DNA of 64,000 nucleotides. Source: a virus. The stretch covers positions 64,413-128,412 of the IMG/VR virus record IMGVR_UViG_3300027659_000011, one strand, 5' to 3'. A program made the translations under genes and the position numbers. Below the pieces are notes generated by a model that saw only the letters and a program-made list of their open reading frames with translations, was not told the origin of the DNA and ran no database searches. Shown piece by piece: positions 59,095-64,000 of the stretch. Every line of letters begins with the position of its first letter. The first letter of the stretch is position 1.

Positions 59095-60098
59095 ACATGA
59101 CCTATTTCTTCTGCAAACTGTCTACTGGCTGTATTCTTTTGTTTAGACTCACACATAATGTCTGCTGACTCTAAGAAAGTTCCAGCCCACTGATTAACTT
59201 CTTTGTTCCAGTAAAATTCTGAATGTGCACGAAGTTTAGCTGAGGTAAAACCCTGTGATTTGAGTTCACGAAAGTCTGGGCGAGTTTGTCCACAATGATC
59301 AATGAGTATGTCTTCTCTGCTAATAGAGTAGTGAATAACTGGTCTGACACCACGCCATGAATCTTGAATTCGCTTAACCTTAGGGTCATTTGGCTGAATA
59401 TACTCACCACTAGCAATCCAGTGATGATGAATGTCAAGAACTAAGGCACAGTGGTCTACTAATTCTAGTGAGGCATCAATACCCCATGAGAACTCTGCGT
59501 TCTCGATGGTAAGTGTATTACGTGCTTCGGGTGTTAGTCGCTTTAGAGCTGAGATAATCCCTTTGGGACCTTGTTTGCCACCTACGTGTACATTGCATTT
59601 AAAGTCTTGAAACTTACGACCGTAACCCATGTAACGAATAATATCTGCATGATACTCAAACTCAGTAATTGACTTTTCAACTGTGCCTTCATTATCTGAG
59701 GCAAGCACACAAAACTGACCTGGATGAAAGCTAACGCGTACATCTGCTGCACGGAACTTATCACCGATACGGGAAAGATTCTTTTCTAGAAAGTCTACTA
59801 CATCTGCTTGGAAGTAGAACCACATCCAGTCATCGTGTGAATATCCAGTAAGTAGATCACTACTTAATCTAAACATACGTAGACCTGCGGGTTGTTGTGC
59901 CATCCAGTCAGCTTGATTTTCAAGAGCTTGAATATTAGTACGCATCAAAGCCCATAGTCTTTCAGCAGCTATGTCTTTAGATTGCTTATTAAGCCATGTG
60001 ATGGTAGTGCCTTTAGTTTGGCAATTCACTACATCTGTAGATTCTGAACTTTGAATTTTACACGCAAAGCCAACGCGTTTTTGATTTTGATTAAACAT
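59091..60098 (-). CDS. uvsE: UV damage endonuclease
   Basis: FRLSS, R.SFHPGQF.VL.S, NVH.GG, IEN.E, LDIHHH, HYS, AHS, DIMCE.K.K. Confidence 0.92.
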   Translation of the reverse strand: MFNQNQKRVGFACKIQSSESTDVVNCQTKGTTITWLNKQSKDIAAERLWALMRTNIQALENQADWMAQQPAGLRMFRLSSDLLTGYSHDDWMWFYFQADVVDFLEKNLSRIGDKFRAADVRVSFHPGQFCVLASDNEGTVEKSITEFEYHADIIRYMGYGRKFQDFKCNVHVGGKQGPKGIISALKRLTPEARNTLTIENAEFSWGIDASLELVDHCALVLDIHHHWIASGEYIQPNDPKVKRIQDSWRGVRPVIHYSISREDILIDHCGQTRPDFRELKSQGFTSAKLRAHSEFYWNKEVNQWAGTFLESADIMCESKQKNTASRQFAEEIGHV

Positions 60099-60105
60099 AG
60101 TAGTT

Positions 60106-60134
60106 ATTATACTAAATTCAACCTCTCAAGTCAA
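60106..60134 (-). promoter_or_regulatory. sigma70 promoter of uvsE
   Basis: TTGACT-17-TATAAT. Confidence 0.8.
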
Positions 60135-60219
60135 GAGAGTAATTTGAAGACCGGCCCAAGCAACCATTAAACGTTTTTTACTGTAATAGTGTGTTTACTT
60201 TGTCGCTGGGCTGCTTCAA

Positions 60220-60693
60220 TTATCGTATAATACCTTTTTCTAGTCGCTCAGATACTAAGCGAGCATATCCAGCAATATCAACCCAGCTATCTGCATAGTC
60301 TGGTCGGCCGTTTAAGATGCGCGCTATTTTGTGCACTATCATCTCTAAACTTTCCTGTTGATCTGCATCCATATTTTCCCAGCTTGGCGCAGCGTGTAGA
60401 ATTTCTTTAAGGTTTTGTGTAATGGTTGCCATATCAATAAATGGACCATAATTTTTTGCACGTTCGTCTAAAATATTTAGAGTAGAATCTTCTTCATACT
60501 CGTCATCAGCAAATACAAATGTTGCACCACCCGTAGTTCCTGGCATAGGAATAGTAATAGTATCTGTACTGTTATTAGCTGTAATAAAAGTAGGAGAATA
60601 CATTGTATTATCTATTTTAGGTCCCTGCTCTGGTTTGGAAGTAGGAAAGGGCCAGTTTGGCCATACTTGGTTTAATTCTAGTTCTTTTGTCAT
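60220..60693 (-). CDS. DUF6378-like protein
   Basis: L.ER...YG.F, MI.HKIARI.NG.P...DSW.DIAGYA.L. Confidence 0.7.
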   Translation of the reverse strand: MTKELELNQVWPNWPFPTSKPEQGPKIDNTMYSPTFITANNSTDTITIPMPGTTGGATFVFADDEYEEDSTLNILDERAKNYGPFIDMATITQNLKEILHAAPSWENMDADQQESLEMIVHKIARILNGRPDYADSWVDIAGYARLVSERLEKGIIR

Positions 60694-60931
60694 AATTTTA
60701 TATATTAAGGATTAGTATAAGATTCATAGAACCTTATAATAATCCCTCCTAAGAGGAATTACCGTACATGCTTTCTGCAAAAAGACTCACAGTACTACAT
60801 TCAGTCTGTCCCGCTCAGCCGTGCAGGGCTATGCTTCGATGATGAATTGTAAGGATTAGGATTAATTTGAAAACGCAGGCAAAGCTCAAATCCTGCGCAA
60901 TAAGTAATTATACCCGAATTCTTCTGTCAGG

Positions 60932-61126
60932 TCAAGAGTATTTTTCCGGAGCCCTTAGCAGAGCAGGTAATTGTTTCTTAGTTTTAATCTGTTTTATTAA
61001 TTCAGGATTAATACCGTACAGAGTATTAACTGATCCCGCTGCTTTTTGATATTTTTCGTAAACAGGTAAGAGCTGATCAAGTATTAATAATTCTAACTCT
61101 TTAACGTAAGTATGTGAAGAATTCAT
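60932..61126 (-). CDS. hypothetical protein
   Basis: 64 aa, AAGG RBS, own promoter. Confidence 0.55.
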   Translation of the reverse strand: MNSSHTYVKELELLILDQLLPVYEKYQKAAGSVNTLYGINPELIKQIKTKKQLPALLRAPEKYS

Positions 61127-61147
61127 ATGGTACCTTTAGTTTGCCCT

Positions 61148-61176
61148 ATTATATCACTGTTACCTGTTAGTGTCAA
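61148..61176 (-). promoter_or_regulatory. sigma70 promoter
   Basis: TTGACA-17-TATAAT. Confidence 0.85.
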
Positions 61177-61214
61177 TACTAAAAATTTTTATCCTATAAT
61201 TTTATAGGCAAAAC

Positions 61215-61244
61215 AAAAGCCCCAGAACGAATCTTGGGGCTTTT
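61215..61244 (-). terminator. intrinsic terminator ending the long ncRNA
   Basis: aaaagcccca...tggggctttt. Confidence 0.8.
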
Positions 61245-61249
61245 GAAAG

Positions 61250-62110
61250 TATTTGCTGTTGCAACAGCGTTATCTTTTTTAACTCTAGCAGGGCTTTTAA
61301 GGGAATCACCACGACCTGACCTTAAACTGTAGCACGTTGGCTACTTACAACCTTTGGTGATGAGTCCATCGCGAGGCTGTTTAAGTGAGTGTTGCACGTT
61401 TCAGTCCTTTCGCTACCAACGCATAGGATATCCGTGACTAACTATACCATGTCAACCTCTACAGTAAACCATGTAGGTAGACTGTTGGGTATGCTTGGCA
61501 ACTGGTTTAACGACTTGCGGGTCGGGAGTGTGTTTACGAATCTGCCCAAACGACTATTTTTTCAATTATTTTAAAGACCCGCTACAGTTCAGGGTCTAAA
61601 GTATTAAAGTGTTTCTCCCGTATACTTCGTCAGGGGACTAGCCCTGTAACGTGGACAAGTTCGACTACTTAATATTTTGCGACCCTGCAGTTTAGGGTCG
61701 ATGCGCACCATTATTTAATTACCCTTGCTAGGTATCGCTAGTGAGATTCCATACTCACATTACAGTCACTAAAGTCTGCTCTTGGTTAGAAGATAGCTGT
61801 ATTTGAAAGAGTTCTTTCTCTGGAGTTCCTACCTTGTTGTCACTCCGAACCAGCTTTAGCTTTACGATGCCATCGGCATAAGGCAATAACGCTACCTTGC
61901 ACTCATCGAATAATTTTATACTCTATTATTATATGAGTCTTGCTATTGTTTCGGCTCGCAACAAGAACGAGCATTTTGAAGGCTTAACCTTGACTCGTAG
62001 CGTCTAATACATTAAGTTGAAAGGGTGAAAGTCTTAATGTATTAGATACTGCTAGAGTTTCGCCTAAATTACATAGGCTCATCAGAAGGTTTCTTATTAT
62101 TATCAATTTA
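61250..62110 (-). ncRNA. large structured non-coding RNA (about 860 nt) with 5' hammerhead
   Basis: No minus-strand ORF in the track, own promoter and terminator, many hairpins and long-range complementarities. Confidence 0.7.
61986..62091 (-). ncRNA. type I hammerhead ribozyme
   Basis: AACCTT-CTGATGA-GCCTA/TAGGC-GAAA-CTC...GAG-TC^AAGGTT; cleavage predicted between 61992 and 61991. Confidence 0.88.
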
Positions 62111-62117
62111 TGTATGA

Positions 62118-62146
62118 ATTATACAGTAAATAAACATACAATTCAA
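62118..62146 (-). promoter_or_regulatory. sigma70 promoter of the long ncRNA
   Basis: TTGAAT-17-TATAAT. Confidence 0.8.
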
Positions 62147-62163
62147 GTAAATAATTTTATTCT

Positions 62164-62239
62164 TGGTACTCGGTACGGGATTCGAACCCATGTGAATGCC
62201 GTGAAAGGGCACGATCCTAGGCCGCTAGATGAACCGAGT
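62164..62239 (-). tRNA. tRNA-Glu (TTC)
   Basis: GTGCC-CTTTCAC-GGCAT, CCA encoded. Confidence 0.92.
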
Positions 62240-62246
62240 GTACGAA

Positions 62247-62545
62247 ATAGGCGGCAACTAGAGATTTCAGTCGTCATTAAAAACTTATCCAGCCACAAAG
62301 AGTTGGTCTCGGTTTACCTATAAATTAGTGCTATCGTGCCGATTCTGGAAGTAGCCGCTAAGCTCCCCAATGCCATTGGCAGTTATATCAGGATCAGTTA
62401 CTGGCAGTGCATGATCCGTTAGTCTAAGCGTCCTCAGCGCATACCTTGATAACACTAATTTATAAGTAAAGGGCTGTGGCTCGGGTAATTATTCCCCACA
62501 ATTAAGACGCATAACAGATAGATCCTGTTTCCGCTGTCGCCCTAT
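62247..62545 (-). ncRNA. candidate structured RNA (about 300 nt)
   Basis: Paired termini, 23-bp helix with two G-U pairs on the minus strand, own promoter. Confidence 0.6.
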
Positions 62546-62559
62546 CAATTTATATAATA

Positions 62560-62588
62560 ATTATACAGCGTTTAGCTATACATTTCAA
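62560..62588 (-). promoter_or_regulatory. sigma70 promoter
   Basis: TTGAAA-17-TATAAT. Confidence 0.78.
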
Positions 62589-62597
62589 GAAAAAAAT

Positions 62598-62724
62598 AAC
62601 AGTCGTTGCCACTATGAACTGGCTTCGCAGGTGTGTCGACATACAGTGACTGATTGGTGAGCGAAGAGATCGTTGACAAACGGGCAGCATTTTCATGCTA
62701 TTCATTAAGCCCTTCCCGACTGTT
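62598..62724 (-). ncRNA. candidate small structured RNA (about 127 nt)
   Basis: AACAGTCG...CGACTGTT closing stem, promoter just upstream, U-run downstream. Confidence 0.5.
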
Positions 62725-62732
62725 TATAAATA

Positions 62733-62762
62733 ATTATACAACATAATAGGCAATCAGATCAA
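62733..62762 (-). promoter_or_regulatory. sigma70 promoter
   Basis: TTGATC-18-TATAAT with extended -10 TG. Confidence 0.65.
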
Positions 62763-62834
62763 GTATAAATTTTTATACCTATTTTTTAAATGATGCTATT
62801 TTTGTACAAAATTTCTTAAATTTATTTAAAGTAT

Positions 62835-62863
62835 ATTATAATCTAAATTTACTTGAGTTTCAA
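62835..62863 (-). promoter_or_regulatory. sigma70 promoter
   Basis: TTGAAA-17-TATAAT. Confidence 0.65.
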
Positions 62864-62878
62864 GTATTAAATTTCTGT

Positions 62879-63058
62879 CTAAAAACTCCAGCCCGCTTCT
62901 TCTAAGGCTTCCTGTGCTACATCTTCTGGCGACATTCCGTGATTCCAACTACTCCAATAATCATAATCAGGTATATCTTCAATACCTAAACCACAACTAT
63001 TAATTACATGCTGGTTAACTACTTTCATCCAGTCTTCAAAAGCAATTTCTTTTTTCAT
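62879..63058 (-). CDS. small acidic hypothetical protein (59 aa)
   Basis: MKKEIAFEDWMK.V...GLG.EDIPDYDY..W..G.SP..A; AAGGA RBS. Confidence 0.6.
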   Translation of the reverse strand: MKKEIAFEDWMKVVNQHVINSCGLGIEDIPDYDYWSSWNHGMSPEDVAQEALEEAGWSF

Positions 63059-63076
63059 TGTGTTTCCTTTTAAAAA

Positions 63077-63184
63077 TTATTCTTGTATACTGATAGCTTC
63101 AAGATTTTCGGATAGCATTTCTCGGATAAGTTCATGAAGGTTTGAGAAGTCTCCGTAGAAAAAAGCCGCTTCAATTTCTGTCAT
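63077..63184 (-). CDS. small hypothetical protein (35 aa)
   Basis: GGAG RBS directly after promoter; MTEIEAAFFYG. Confidence 0.45.
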   Translation of the reverse strand: MTEIEAAFFYGDFSNLHELIREMLSENLEAISIQE

Positions 63185-63206
63185 TTGTTTCTCCAAATTA
63201 ATAACT

Positions 63207-63319
63207 ATTATACAAAATTTTTAAAAAAATTTCAATTTTATGATTTTTGCCGTTACAGCCTGTGGTTGGGTAGCGTGCGTAAAAATTAACTTGATTTTTA
63301 CAGCTAAAGAGCTTATAAT
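63207..63319. promoter_or_regulatory. divergent promoter pair
   Basis: Minus TTGAAA-17-TATAAT (63207-63235); plus TTGATT-17-TATAAT (63291-63319). Confidence 0.7.
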
Positions 63320-63352
63320 GTTATTTCGATTATTATTATTTTAAATAAACTC

Positions 63353-63640
63353 ATGGATATAGCAACTGCACTGGATGCTGGAACATTAGAATACTTAGCT
63401 GATGGCACACAAATGCCCCGTCCACCAACAGCTTTAGCTATAAGAGCAGCAAAACACATTCGTAACTTAGAGGGACAACATCAAGTGCATTTACAAGCAC
63501 TTATGCAATCTCAAAATAGAGAGGCTACCCTTCTACAAGATTTGGATAGCTGCAGACTAAAATTAAAGGAGTTAGATGCAGAGTTACAAAATCTTCGCAC
63601 ATCAGGATCGGCAACTAGCAGCATGGATAGTTCAAGCTGA
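63353..63640 (+). CDS. hypothetical coiled-coil protein
   Basis: 95 aa ORF after the plus-strand promoter. Confidence 0.6.
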   Translation: MDIATALDAGTLEYLADGTQMPRPPTALAIRAAKHIRNLEGQHQVHLQALMQSQNREATLLQDLDSCRLKLKELDAELQNLRTSGSATSSMDSSS

Positions 63641-63724
63641 AAGTTATCTAGAAGCAATAGAATTAGTTAGACAAGAAACAGAGATAACTTCGGCAATATT
63701 ATGTTTATTAGAGGAGAGTGCTAA

Positions 63725-64000
63725 ATGAATATCATAAAAGCAATAATCCTTTCTGCAACTTTAATTATACCAATTTTTATAGTTCAAAAAGCTTACGAAT
63801 TTAGGGTCAATCGTTTAGGTGAGTATAACCAGCAAACAACAAAAACTTTTAGTTCTGTTACGGAAATGGAAAGAGAACTAAAGTGTATGACTCGTAATAT
63901 ATACTACGAAGCTGGCAGTGAGCCAGTTGAGGGTAAGATTGCAGTAGCACAGGTAACATTAAATCGTGCAAAAGATGGCAGGTTTGGCGCAGGTATTTGC
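63725..64000 (+). CDS. SleB-like cell wall hydrolase (Hydrolase_2), truncated by the window end
   Basis: N-terminal TM then CMTRNIYYEAGSEPVEGKIAVAQVTLNR. Confidence 0.85.
   Translation, partial: MNIIKAIILSATLIIPIFIVQKAYEFRVNRLGEYNQQTTKTFSSVTEMERELKCMTRNIYYEAGSEPVEGKIAVAQVTLNRAKDGRFGAGIC

Noticed and set aside
61358-61412. Plus-strand GTGATGAGTCC as a second hammerhead
   Set aside because: Core starts with G instead of C and no GGAC-GAAA partner follows on that strand
61389-61574. 61-aa plus-strand ORF
   Set aside because: No convincing RBS or promoter; antisense to the structured RNA
1-64000. Stop-codon reassignment or diversity-generating retroelement
   Set aside because: Genes read intact in the standard code, no suppressor tRNA, and no reverse transcriptase in the window

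Overview
This 64-kb AT-rich window is part of a lytic dsDNA phage with a T5-like replication module. The plus strand (1-31.1 kb) is a late region: collagen-like and Ser/Thr/Gly-rich tail-fibre-type genes, then a tightly coupled GT9-like glycosyltransferase / carbamoyltransferase / ADP-heptose pathway / heme oxygenase / PcyX-type bilin reductase block, a lysis cassette (spanins, GH19 endolysin, holin-like proteins) and PhoH. The minus strand (31.1-63.2 kb) carries class II RNR, dUTPase, T5-type D15, D14, D13, D12, D11, D10, PolA, primase, DnaB-like helicase, D5, a split NAD-dependent ligase and D3, followed by an RNA-rich region with 14 tRNA or tRNA-like genes and many sigma70-type promoters. 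The most striking signals are RNA. (i) A promoter-to-terminator non-coding transcript of about 860 nt starts with a canonical hammerhead ribozyme whose stem III strand is also perfectly complementary to the far 3' end, which suggests ribozyme-guided circularisation of an RNA of about 710 nt. (ii) A circularly permuted two-piece tmRNA (tag ANDSQFALAA). (iii) A tRNA with a full alanine acceptor identity but an Arg CCG anticodon. (iv) A tRNA-Ile(UAU) with a second, GAU-containing anticodon-like arm. (v) A ROSE-like thermometer on a phage Hsp20. (vi) Several more unexplained structured RNAs. All calls come from reading the sequence by eye; no searches or folding programs were run.
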